This document shows positions 1-11,585 of a stretch of DNA of 64,000 nucleotides, piece after piece. How positions within the stretch are numbered: position 1 is the stretch's first letter; each line of letters starts with the position of its first letter. A program made the position numbers and the translations under genes. The notes under the pieces are model-generated. The model did no database searches. It worked only from the letters and a program-made list of their open reading frames with translations, and was not told where the DNA came from. This stretch comes from Eledone cirrhosa (taxonomy: Eukaryota). Location: the NCBI GenBank assembly GCA_964016885.1, contig OZ024741.1, positions 334,366,001 to 334,430,000 of the forward strand, read 5' to 3'.

Positions 1-209
1 GGATCTAAGGTTGGGATCTAATGTTATAGTAAAGAGACTTGCCACAGAGGGATACATCCTGGGACCTCAATGAGTTCAAAACAAAACTTCATACCCACTT
101 GACCATACCTGTATCCATCATTGTTGATATATAGAAGAAAAGTGGAAGAGCAGATTTAGACCTTAGAGGGCCTGGGGCAGTTCAGGTTTAGTGAGCCCTT
201 CATATAACA

Positions 210-240
<31 letters not shown>

Positions 241-824
241 GATATATATGTATGTATATAAATACATACATATAAGTAGAAAGAGAGAGATAGAGAGAAG
301 AAAAGGCCCTGTTTGGAGAGTAGGTCTCTGTTTGATGGAGGAGGGATGGGCTGATAAATCCAGCCCTGGTGTGATGGACACAGCTGAAACCCCTTTAATC
401 ATGAGTCAATTTAATCAGGACTGACCCGAGGCTGAACATCAACATCTACATTAACAGCAATCTACTATATGGAAGGGTGAAGATGAAATCATGGCTTAAT
501 TATGATACTACAGAACAAAAGCAAATAGACTAGGAAATCGTAATTATTTCACAAGTATTACTTCATTATTAATTCATATAGATACTATTGATTTTAGAGC
601 TGGTTTAATAGTTTGTACGCTGCTGAACTGTTATTGCAATAAAGATAGTTACATGTACCACAATGTATTTGTGTTGACAGTCATAGAATAATTGTAGTAC
701 TAATACAGCTGATTAGAAGTGAATATGACAGCACATACAATATGTTTATGTATAATAGATGTGTGAGAGAAGTCAACAAGGAAAAATGACATGGTAGTAC
801 AATGCAGCACATTTTGAATATCGA

Positions 825-1102
825 GTTTGTGTAGATGTCACGACAAAAAAAAAAATAAATAAATAAAAACACACACAGTCCACGCTGTAATGTGGCCATG
901 TAGGTAACACGGTAAAAAGTTCCCAGTTCCACACTATAAATGTGGTTGGTGTTAGGAAGGGCATCCAGCCGTAGAAAACATGCTAGATAGTCTTATATGA
1001 GCGAGACACGGTCACCCGACCAGCCTTGCCTCATGTGGGACAACACCCATCTAACCCATGCTAGCGTGGAAAACGGACGTTAAACGAAGATGATGATGAT
1101 GA
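825..1102 (+). mobile_element. 5'-truncated 3' UTR/tail of long-3'UTR RTE LINE family
   Basis: Matches the 3' UTRs at 26530-26780, 57725-57990 and 62885-63146 (gtcacgacaaaaaa...acacagtccacgctgtaatgtggcc...ggaaaacggacgttaaacg) and ends in (GAT)n. Confidence 0.85.
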
Positions 1103-1360
1103 TACTAGCCAAATTACCCATGCCTTGCTGCATTTCACACATTTTTTTTGTAAGAAAATGATGATTGATTTTAAATCAGTGATATAATTTATGGAGAAAA
1201 ACTCTGCATTTCAATATTACTCAATTGGATTGTCCAGTAAGACAACCTCTCTAGTGCTGGCACAAATAAAAGCACCCAGTCCATGCGGGTGTTAGGAAGG
1301 GCATCCAACCAGTATATATACTACTGCCAAAATTTATGAGCAAAACAAATGAGATTTGCA

Positions 1361-1587
1361 ACAACTGCGTAAACAGTAATAACACTAACCAAGTTAGGGC
1401 TGCGCACGGTAGTGGGGTGGCTGGTGCAGCCATATGCAAGAACCCCCGACCATCATCAAGCAATTGCACAACAACAACTGCGTAAACAGCAATAGCACTA
1501 ACCATGTTAGGGCTGCGCACGGTAGTGAGGTGGCTGGTGAGGCCATGTGCGAGAACCCCCGATCATCATCAAGCAATCGCACAACAG
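1361..1587 (+). repeat. Two-copy ~114 bp tandem repeat at the 5' end of the RTE LINE
   Basis: acaactgcgtaaacag...gttagggctgcgcacggtagtg...catcatcaagcaat occurs twice, directly upstream of the APE domain. Confidence 0.85.
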
Positions 1588-1880
1588 GAAAAAGAACAAG
1601 AATGTGAAGACGTCGCATCTCAGAGTTGCCACACTTAATGTTGGCACTCTAACAGGTAGATCTGGTGAGATAGTGGAGATGCTGGAGAGAAGGCATGTGG
1701 ATGTGTGCTGTGTGCAAGCGGTCAGATGGAGAGGTGCCTCTGCAAGACTAATCGCAGGCAAACATGTTAGTTATAAGCTTTTCTGGGTGGGTAATGATGA
1801 TGGGTTAGGTGGGGTAGGCATATTACTGGCTGAGAGGTGGATAAGACAATAAAGGTAGTTAGAGTTAGTAATAGAATAAT

Positions 1881-2256
1881 CCGTTGGATGTGCAATGTCA
1901 ATATGCGTGAACAACCCAGCATGGATGTGTTGAGAGAGAAACTGTGTTTGAGAGGGATAGAATATAGTGTGCGAGAGAGGAGACTGCGGTGGTATGGACA
2001 TGTGATGCGCATGGAGGATGACCTATGGGTGAAGAAATGCCGGGAAATGCCAGTTGAAGGAAGACGTGGTAGAGGTTGACCACGAAAAACATGGGCGGAG
2101 GTGGTGAGAACAGACCTCAGATCGCTGAAGCTCACGGTGGAGATGACGAAGGACCGTGACAAGTGGAGAGATCCTGTGCTGAATAAGACCCGTACCACCC
2201 TTGCCAGCAGGGAAAAGCGGACGTAAAATGATGATAATGATGATGATGATGATGAT
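1881..2256 (+). mobile_element. Nested 5'-truncated RTE LINE 3' end (short-tail family) inserted in the APE region of the host RTE
   Basis: Encodes RWMCNV...ERRLRWYGHVMRM...GRG.PRKTW...KTR and ends ggaaaagcggacgtaaaa(tga)n. The host APE frame stops at VRVSNRII and resumes at LVVGKKLLTIISAYAPQ. Confidence 0.9.
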
Positions 2257-4521
2257 TAGTTGTAGGCAAGAAACTACTGACAATCATCTCTGCCTATGCT
2301 CCCCAGGCAGGCCTAGGTAAAGAAGAGAAAGACTGCTTTTACGAGCAACTTTTACAAACAGTCTCAATGACAGAGGATGGAGACATCGTAATGCTAGCAG
2401 GGAACTTCAATAGTCATGTTGGACAGCTCCAGGATGGATACACTGGGGTACATGGTGGGCACGGTTACGGCTCAAGAAATGAAGGAGTGAGACTTCTTCA
2501 ATTTTTTTATGCAAGCGCACTAACCATTTGCAACACTAACTTCCAGAAACCTACCAACCACCTAATAACCTACAAATCGGGCAAGCACATAAGCCAGATT
2601 GACTTCCTGCTAGTTAGACAGCGAGACAGACAGATGGTGTCAAATACTAAGGCATACCCCGTGGAAGAATGTACACCCACAGCATAGGTTAGTTGTTAGT
2701 GACATCTCAGTAAGCAAGAGAAAGAATGAGACATACAGGAAGGTGTTGAAAAGAAAAGTCTGGAAGCTAAAAGACCTTTCACTAAAATATAAATTTAGCA
2801 AAGCCCTTCAAGATGTGTATGACGAAAAAGATTTAGAGTCGTATGATATAGATGATAACTGAAATGTTTTACGTGACAACTTACTGCAGGCAACTGAAGA
2901 AACTTGTGGCTGGGGCAGAGCTTCAACCAGACAGAGAGTGACCTGGTGGTGGAACAGCATGGTAGATAGGGCCATTAGAGACAAAAGACTGGCTTGGGAA
3001 AATGGTGGGAGTAGAGAAGGATACACAGCCGTTAAGAGAGAAGCTAGACGTCAGGCGTACTTAGCATGCAGGGAGGCTGAGAGTAGGAGGTTTGCCAATG
3101 TTCTGCGACAGGAAGATCAGAGATGTGCGGTGTTCCGCATTGCAAGGCAATGTGTCAGTGCAAATAAGGATGTTGTTGGAAATAAGTGTGTCCGGAATGA
3201 TGCCGGTGTACTTAGTGTCACGAATGATCAAAAAAAGGAGGCCTGGAAATGTCATTATGAGAGACTGATGAATGTGGAGAACGAATGGGAGAGAGAGAAA
3301 TTACCCCCAGTAGACCCGACAGAGGGACCAGCTATTGAGATTGATGAATATAGAGTACAAGAGGCAATTAAGGAAATGAAGAATAGTAAGGCTGCTGGAC
3401 AGTCGAGGCACTAAATTGGTTGCATGCATCATCAATCAGGCTATATATGGTGGTGTCATACCCAAAGACTGGTGCAGCAGTATTCTCATAAATTGCTACA
3501 AAGGTAAAGGAGATGCTCTGGAGATGAGCAATTATAGGGGCATAAAGCTGATGGATCAGGTTATAAAAGTAGCAGAGGGAATATTAGCGCAACTGATTAG
3601 AGAAAGGGTCAAATTAGATGAGATGCAGTTTGGTTTAGTGCCTCGGAAAAGTACAACAGATGCTCTCTTCTTAGTGAGACAACTACAAGAGAGGTTCTTA
3701 GAGAAGAATAAACCATTATACTTAGTTTTGTTGACCTAGAGAAGGCCTTTGATAGGGTACCCCGATCTGTCATCAGTGGTCCCTAAGGAAACTAGGTGTT
3801 GAGGAATGGCGTGTGAGGACAGTGCAAGCTATGTACAGGGGGTGCTGTCAGTAAATGGAGAGTAGGAATGGAGTTTAGTGAGGAATTTCAGATACAAATA
3901 GGTGTACATCAGGGTTCGGTCCTCAGCCCGCTCTTGTTCATTATAGTTCTCCAAGCCATAACAGAGGAGTTTAAGACTGGATGCCCATGGGAACTTCTCT
4001 ATGCTGATGATCTGGTTTTTATAGCAGAATCAGTAGAGGAGCTAGAGAATAAATTCTGGCTATGGAAACAGCAGTTGGAATCAAGAGGACTGAGACTGAA
4101 CATAACTAAAACAAAAATGTTGATAAGTAGAAGAGAGGACAATACTCTGATTCCATCAGGGAAATGGCCATGTTTGATATTTAGATAAGGAACTGGCATA
4201 AATTCCATAAAATGTATATATATGTATACATATATATACATATATATACATATATATATATAGTTAAAAGAATAGAGGTGTAACACACAAGTTATTATAT
4301 ATTGGTAAACGGAATATAAAATGCTGACAAATTGTTCACAGTTGAAAAATGGTTTAATTAGGAATAAAAGAGTATTAGTAATTGTATGGGTTAGTATTCA
4401 GTTGTGGTTTTAAGTTTTTAAGTTTTTACCGGTTGCGCATTTCTAAATGCTTTTCAAAAATAATTTTGAGATAGAGTGTTCGTGTTGTTTGCTCTGATCT
4501 GATTAGTTTTGGGAATTCTAC

Positions 4522-4767
4522 CTGTTTTTATGTTAAAAAAGTGGCTCCAGCGCTACTTTGGTGTTGCAAAAATTCTTGTGGTCAAAACAATTTTGATTGG
4601 TCGGTAGAGGTCATGTGAATGTAAAAAATTGATTTTGCGCCAAGACTGTTTTTATGTTAAAAAAGTGGCTTCAGCGCTACTTGGCGTTTGCAAAAATTCT
4701 TGTGGTCAAAACAATTTTGATTGGTCGGTAGAGGTCATGTGAATAAAAAATTGGTTTTGCGCCAAGA
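4522..4767. repeat. Two-copy ~124 bp tandem duplication in PLE pLTR with CCAAT and E2F-like motifs
   Basis: ctgtttttatgttaaaaaagtggct...ttttgattggtcggtagaggtcatgtgaat...ttttgcgccaaga occurs twice. Confidence 0.85.
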
Positions 4768-5439
4768 TTGAGAAATGACTCTTTCACAACGAATATGTGT
4801 GTGTGTGTGTAGTAGTAGTAAGGTGTTCGATGTTGTGATAATGATTAGCAGGGATGGTCAGTAAGACTTATACACACACACACACACTTATCTATTAAGA
4901 TAAGTGTGTGTGTGTGTATATAGCAGAGTAATTCGTGGTAGCAGGGATGGTCAGTAAGAATGTGTCTGTAAGCAATGGGGGGTATTTTAGCATGTCAAAA
5001 GATATTTTTCAGCTTTTGTCTTATACGGAGAAGTGCGTGTGTGTGTGTGTATAAGTCTCTTTGTATGTTAATGTACGCGTGTGTATGTGTGTGTGTATAT
5101 ATGTGTGTGTGTGTGTGAGAATGTGTGTGTGTGTGTGTGGGTGGACCAGTATTTTTTTCCCCCTGGTAAAATGGTGTACATTATTCGATTTTTTCAGTAA
5201 AATCGGTTCTCTTAATAGAACATCAAAAATCTTATCAATAAAAGGTGTGAAATGATATTCACTATATATATATACACATACATATAGTCACTATATATAT
5301 ATATATATATATACACATATATTTTTTTGTGTTGCACCATAGAGCATGTGTGTTTACGTATGTCATTGTGTTTATATGTGGGTAGAGATATGTGCTGATG
5401 TAGGTATGTATGTTGACGTGTGTATGTTGTGGGTTCGTC

Positions 5440-7792
5440 TTAGGGAGAAGTGTGTAGACGGGGTCCGTATTTGTTAATGAAGTAAGATTCCTTGCTGATG
5501 CGCTGGGTGTGGGTGGCATTATCTTTAAATTTGTAGAGGGGAAAGATTCTGAAGTTGGGATGATTTGGGGCGGCACAGGTATCAATGTGTTCACTCAGTG
5601 GTATTTTCCTGTATTCCCGTATTTTAATTTGGGATCTATGGACAGTCATGCGTTGGCGGAGGCTGTTTTTGGTCTGGCCTATGTATTGTTCTCGACAACC
5701 TGAACAAGTTAATACATATATTAGATTTTCCGATGCACATGTGAAATTGTGTTTTACTATAAAACGTTGTCCTTCTTTGAAATAGAATTCCGAACCCTCT
5801 ATTAGGTTGATGCAAATGCCACAGTTGGGTCTATCGCATTCTTTTACTGTGGGTTTCGTTGTTGTGGTTGGCAGTACTTTGGCATGTGTTAGGATGTTTT
5901 TCATTGACTTGGATTGTCTTTTGCTCTTTATGATATCGTGTGTTCGTAGGATTTGGTTCATTCTATGGTCCTTTTTCAACACAGGGATGTTCTGGAGGAT
6001 GGTGTCAAAGGCCTCATTGTTGAGGGGTTGTGTGTGGAGATGTATGGAAGAGCTTTTAGTTTCGGTTGATTTACTTTAGGGTGTCTAAGGTCCTGGGTAC
6101 TGAGTTTTAGGGCACGTTGGATTCCATTGTCAATTAGTGATGCAGGGTAGTCCCTGCCTATGAGTGTGTCCTTTAGTTCTTGTAGCCGTAAGTAGCAGAT
6201 GTTTTTATTGGAGACTATAGTACAGATTCTCTTGGCTAAGTTGTAGGGAATATTAACTTTAACGTATCTAGGGTGGCAAGAGTTGAAAGGGAGATATTGC
6301 TTGGAGTCTGTGGGCTTGTAGTATATGTCTGTTTCTATTTTTTTGTTATGGACCTTAATGAGGATGTCGAGGAAGGGGAGTTGTTGATGACTGTATTCCA
6401 TCGTGAAGTTAATATTCGTGTTGAGCCCATTTATAAGGGTGTGAAATTCTTTAAGTTTTTCGATGTTTTCGTGCCAAAGGATGAAGCAGTCATCTAGATA
6501 TCGCTTCCAGTTCCTTTCAATGTGTAAGTGGAGGGTGTTTCCAAATTTGTTTAGGACTTTAGTGTAGAGGGTGATTTCCAGGTATCCCATGACTAGGTTG
6601 GCATAAGTGGGGGCTGTTTTAGTTCCCATAGCGGTCCCAGATTTCTGCCTGTAGGGTTTGTTATTGAAAACGAAGTAATTGTTCTCCAAGATAAATTTGA
6701 GTCCCTCTATCACGAATTCTTTTTTGATGCGTTGTGGGAGTTCATTGTGGAAATTATCCAGCCAGAATTGGATAGCTTCTATTCCTAGGTTGTGGGGGAT
6801 GTTGGAGTATAGGTTGACTACATCGAACGTCACTAGTAGGGTTTGTTCAGAAAGTGGCATATTAGGCAGGTGATTGAGCATATCTAGGTCGTCCCTTATA
6901 TAGCTTTTGATGTGTTTGAGGGAGGGTTTGAGAAGGGTATCAATGAAGTTGCTAAGGCGGTGGGTTTCGCAAGCGGGGCCTGCTATTATAGGTCTTAATT
7001 TGAGATCATTGGGTGAGGGGACATTGATGACTATGTCTGTGGCTTCCTTGCATGCCTTACTTATTGATTCGTTTTTATGTACTTTAGGATACCGTAGAAA
7101 AGGTTGGATTTACTTGTGAAGTCTGTGATGAAGCTGAATTCCTTGTTAGTGAGTCCTTCTTTGTATTGGTTGATTAGAGTTTTTAGGTTTCTCATAATTT
7201 TCTGTTGATTGTAGTGTTCAGCCTTTTCGTAGTATGTTTCGTTTTCCAAAGTGGAGAGCGCTAAGTTGATATAGAATTCTGTCTCCATTAGGACTACTGT
7301 ACTCCCTTTATCAGCCTCTTTAATTGTAATGGTTATGTCGGTTTTTAATCTATTTAATTCTTCCCATTCTTTCTTGTTGAGGTTTGGCTTGTGTTTTTGT
7401 CTGTGCAAGTGTTGGTAAGGGAAGTTTGTGATGTGTTCGGAGAATTCGTCCAGGATTTTATTTCTACCTTTTGAAGGGGTGTAATTGCTTCTATTTCTGG
7501 CTAATGATTCATCCTCATTGTACTGGTCGAATAGTTGTTCACTAAGTCGTAACTTTCTACAGAAGTCTGTGATGTCTTCCTTCATTTCATAGTAGTTAGG
7601 ACGTAGTGGGGTCGGTGTGAATTTAAGACCTTTAGAGAGTAAGTTGATAAGGTTGGGTGTTGGTTCTGCACTAGTAAGATTGATAATTTTTATTACTATC
7701 GGTTTCTCCTCCCTGTCTTGTGTTATTTTGTTTGCCTGTATCTGTGTGCTGTGTCCAAAAAATGGTTGGGGTAGAGGGGTTGTCTGCTGATG
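5440..7792 (-). pseudogene. PLE RT-GIY-YIG polyprotein, frameshifted near 7075 and 5990
   Basis: IINLTS...LLSKGLKFTPTP, IKEADKGSTVV, LRPIIAG, TFDVVNLYSNIP, GTAMGTKTAPTYANL, WKRYLDDCF, LPFLDI, CDRPNCGIC linker, NLIYVLTCSGCREQYIGQT. Confidence 0.93.
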
Positions 7793-9038
7793 TTAAGTGG
7801 TCTCCTGTGTTTGTTATATTCCTTGTTGTTGTAAAATGTGGTTCGGGTTGGTGGTTGTAGATTGAATGGGGTGTTCCTGTACTGCGAGTATGGGTGTGTG
7901 TTTCTATGTGCCATGTTGTATTGTGGTGTTATAAGTGGCCTACGTTGTTGGTTGTATCGTGTGGTGTGGGTTTGTTGTGTATTGTGGAAGCGAGAGTTGA
8001 GAAAATGGTAATTACCTTGCTGTCCCCTTGAAGCGGGGAAGTTGTTACATCTATCATGGTGGTGGTATCTTTTCCCTATGTTTGACGATGAGGCATCCGC
8101 ATAGTTGTTGAGTGATTTGGTATGGTGTCTCCTTGAAGGGGGAAAGTTGTAAATGTCATTCTGGGGGAGATGATTTCTTGGGTTTTTGTTCCTTCTTATG
8201 GTAGCGAGGTTGGGAAGTTCATCTTCGGTGTGGTGCTTCCTTCTTCGTTTGTTAGAGGCTTGGGGGTTTGAGAAGTTGTTGTGCGGTTCAGTTATGGGTG
8301 TTCCTATTTTTATGAACGGGTTATTGGAGGTGTAATCCGTTTGAAAAGTCGATTCATAGTGTAGGAACCAAGCGGCACTTTTTTCCCAGCGTTGAAGGGA
8401 TTTCAGTTCTTCTCTGTTGCAGTCCCCTTTCCATAATTTGGAGATCTTCTCTACCTTGGGGCCTTCAGTTTTGTTGTTGATTTCCAGGAGGATCTCTTCA
8501 TCGATGGTTTTGATTTTTTCCTCATTTGTCTGGGCCCTCAGTTTAAGAAGTTCAATTTCTGTCTTCATTTTTTCCAATGCCATTCTTTCCCTTAGGTGTC
8601 TTTGAGGTTCGGGTTCATTTGGAATGGACTTTATTTGTAGTTTACGGGGGAGAGTTAGAGGGGTTGAGTTAAGCCATTTTTCATATATCTCTGCTTTGTT
8701 GTGATTTTGTATCATCTTCCAGAATGAGAACTTTCTGTCTCTGAGGGATTTGTTCCATTTTGGAATTGTTCGAATTTCATTTTGTATGAATCAATCTCAC
8801 ATGGTTCTTCGTTGGTTTTTCCTGGGTTGGTAGTTGTGAACATAGTTTGGATAGTATCGCAAAGGTTTTGGAGTTTGTCGCCGATTTCGGAGGGTTTGTA
8901 TCCGGTGGCGGTTTCCTTATTTGTGGAGTCAAGTTTGTCGACCAGCAAAGATAGGTTGGTGTTGATTTTCTTGAGTTCCTGTAGGATCTCTTCATTTGAG
9001 TTGATGAGGGTTGTATCCGTTTTTTTTTTTTTTGGCAT
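7723..9038 (-). pseudogene. PLE ORF1-like protein (~440 aa): basic MPKKKK start, predicted coiled coils, N/H/R-rich tail; one frameshift near 8770
   Basis: ORFs 8712-9092 and 7723-8715 join through the frame TIPKWNKSLRDRKFSFWKMIQNH. Heptad-like segments (EEILQELKKINTNLSLLVDKLD; ERMALEKMKTEIELLKLRAQTNEEKIKTIDEEI). Lies inside the pLTR-bounded element. Confidence 0.75.
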
Positions 9039-9256
9039 TTTCTGTATCTCGTGTGAGGATATGATAGTTAAAAGAATAGAGGTGTAACACACAAGTTATT
9101 ATATATGGGTAAACGGAATATAAAATGCTGGCAAATTGTTCACAGTTGAAAAATGGTTTAATTAGGAATAAAAGAGTATTAGTAATTGTATGGGTTAGTA
9201 TTCAGTTGTGGTTTTAAGTTTTTAAGTTTTTAAGTTTTTACTCTATCTCAAAATTA

Positions 9257-9294
9257 TTTTTGAAAAGCATTTAGAAATGCGCAACCGGTAAAAA
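9257..9294 (+). ncRNA. Variant minimal hammerhead-like motif in PLE pLTR (mirror copy 4423-4461, minus)
   Basis: TTT-TTGAAAA-GCATTT ag AAATGC-GCAA-CCGG-TA-AAA: HHR topology with U3/A8 and C13 substitutions, palindromic stem III and a weak stem I. Confidence 0.45.
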
Positions 9295-9411
9295 CTTAAA
9301 AACTTAAAACCACAACTGAATACTAACCCATACAATTACTAATACTCTTTTATTCCTAATTAAACCAGTTTTCAACTGTGAACAATTTGTCAGCATTTTA
9401 TATTCCGTTTA

Positions 9412-9461
<50 letters not shown>

Positions 9462-9463
<2 letters not shown>

Positions 9464-9600
9464 GATGGAAATGTGGTAAGGAACCAGATGGACCATAACG
9501 AACCAAAGTACTCAATACTTAGAGTAGTAGAGTGGGTAATAGGAACAAGTAGGACCCCGACGGCTTGAGCTCAGCCGTCGCGGTCCTACTTGTTCCTATA
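9462..9600. mobile_element. Short hairpin-terminated element in (TA)n (inverted copy at 43003-43127)
   Basis: About 125 bp shared with 43003-43127; terminal ~60 nt hairpin around GACGGCTTGAGCTCAGCCGTC. Confidence 0.7.
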
Positions 9601-9929
9601 TATATATATATAAGTAAAAAGGAAAAGAAAATGCTGACAAATTTTTCCCCGTGAAAAATAGTTTAATTAGGAATAAGTATAAATTAGTAATAAGTATTTG
9701 TTAGTATTCAGTTTTAGTTTTAAGTTTTGACAAGGGGAGTGCTAAGCTCTGGGGAATACCAACAGTATGAAACAGAGATCTGTCAAAACTTAAAACTAAA
9801 ACTGAATACTAACTAATACTTATTACTAATTTATACTTATTCCTAATTAAACAATTTTTCACTGGGAAAAAGTTATCATCATTTCCTTTTCCTTTTTACT
9901 AATATATCAAAACTAGTATATTGGCCTTC

Positions 9930-10007
9930 CACATGCTGATGACCCACTGGGCCGTATTGGATCCCACTAAAATGGCGAAACATGCTCCTGGTGAGTGTGT
10001 ACATGTG
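9930..10007 (+). ncRNA. Type I hammerhead ribozyme (GUA cleavage triplet)
   Basis: CACATG-CTGATGA-(c)CCA...TGG(c)-GAAA-CATGCTC ctggt GAGTGTG-TA-CATGTG: 6 bp stem I, 7 bp stem III; the 10.1-11.1 pair is C-C. Confidence 0.8.
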
Positions 10008-10592
10008 TGATTTAGGTGAGGATGGTTTCTCATTTCAATTTATACTTTTAATTTTAATGTTTTACCAATGCCTCTATTAGCTTAAATTCTCTTCACGCTG
10101 GTGGTTTGAAATTTCTCTAATGAAAAACACACTCTTCTGTGTCTTTCCCTTCTATATATTATATTTTAAAGTGCCCAGGAAAACTATTTCTTTTGAGCTC
10201 ATTTAATTACAGGATTATACGCGAGTCCTTTGCTCCGTTATTTTTATGTGTGTGAGTGTGTGTGTACCCACCCACACTAACTCTACAGGTTTAATACTGT
10301 GTTGATGTGTGTATATATATATGTATATATTTTTCTTTGACCCCGAGCTGGTGTATGTGGGTGTGAAATGTGTGTGTACCCACTCACATTAACTGTGACT
10401 GACTGTATCCCTACAGATTTGATTGATATCCAGCGTCTTTTGCAGCGATAGAAATCTGAAAACTGTTATGACCTCAACTGAAGTTAATAGCAGTTGCCGT
10501 GTCTCTGACTGGTGAGTCTTCATATGAGGGAATGAATTATCTGAGAGTTCATCGTTATTTTTATTCCCTCATATCAAGAATTTGAAGACAAT

Positions 10593-10680
10593 TCATTTTC
10601 ACCTGATGAGATCAGTGATAATCGATCATGGCTTCACAATCGATCTATCTCTTATTGAAACATGTGTCGTGATTAAATGA
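10593..10680 (+). ncRNA. Type I hammerhead ribozyme with long stem II (GUC triplet)
   Basis: TCAC-CTGATGA-GAT.AG.GATA ATCGAT...ATCGAT CTATCTCTTATT-GAAA-CATGTG-TC-GTGA, with distal TCATTT/AAATGA. Confidence 0.78.
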
Positions 10681-10714
10681 TTGGAATTTTACCTTACCTT
10701 CGGATTTTCATTTT

Positions 10715-11234
<520 letters not shown>

Positions 11235-11251
11235 GTATATATATATATGAT

Positions 11252-11394
11252 AGTCGATCGACATTCGTCAAATCGGACCGAGGAAATAATGTTTCCGTTG
11301 GCCTTTCCAGTTGTTAGTACTATCTATCGGTTGCAACTCCAGGTAGAAGGAGCAACGTGAAATAAAGTGTCTTGCTCTTTTGAGCAAGACACTT

Positions 11395-11397
<3 letters not shown>
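11252..11397 (-). mobile_element. Truncated tRNA-SINE 3' part with terminal fold-back hairpin, inside (TA)n
   Basis: Reverse complement of 43225-43348; ends in ATAAAGTGTCTTGCTC-tttt-GAGCAAGACACTTTAT. Confidence 0.8.
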
Positions 11398-11433
<36 letters not shown>

Positions 11434-11475
11434 GTATATATATATACATATATATATATATATGTATATATATAC

Positions 11476-11524
<49 letters not shown>

Positions 11525-11544
11525 CATATGTATATATATACACA

Positions 11545-11585
<41 letters not shown>

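Larger units (their letters stand above)
1361..4213 (+). mobile_element. RTE-clade LINE, degraded and 3'-truncated (5' region, APE endonuclease, RT, start of PHD-like finger)
   Basis: LRVATLNVGTLTGR...VDVCCVQ, SAYAPQ, GNFNSHVG and SQIDFLL (APE); QFGL.P.KSTTDA, GVHQGSVLSPLLF and LLYADDL (RT). Multiple stops and frameshifts; ends abruptly at a (TA)n tract next to a PLE. Confidence 0.92.
4260..9420 (-). mobile_element. Near full-length Penelope-like retroelement (Neptune-type) with direct and inverted pseudo-LTR copies, flanked by (TA)n
   Basis: RT and GIY-YIG ORF fragments; 4260-4428 repeated directly at 9064-9240 and inverted at about 9240-9418; (TA)n on both sides. Confidence 0.93.
9613..10700 (+). 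mobile_element. Non-coding PLE pLTR-derived fold-back element carrying multiple HHRs
   Basis: Inverted arms 9613-9731 and 9781-9900 resemble the pLTR of the adjacent PLE (atgctgacaaatt...gtttaattaggaataa...ttagtattcagtt); HHRs at 9930 and 10599. Confidence 0.75.
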
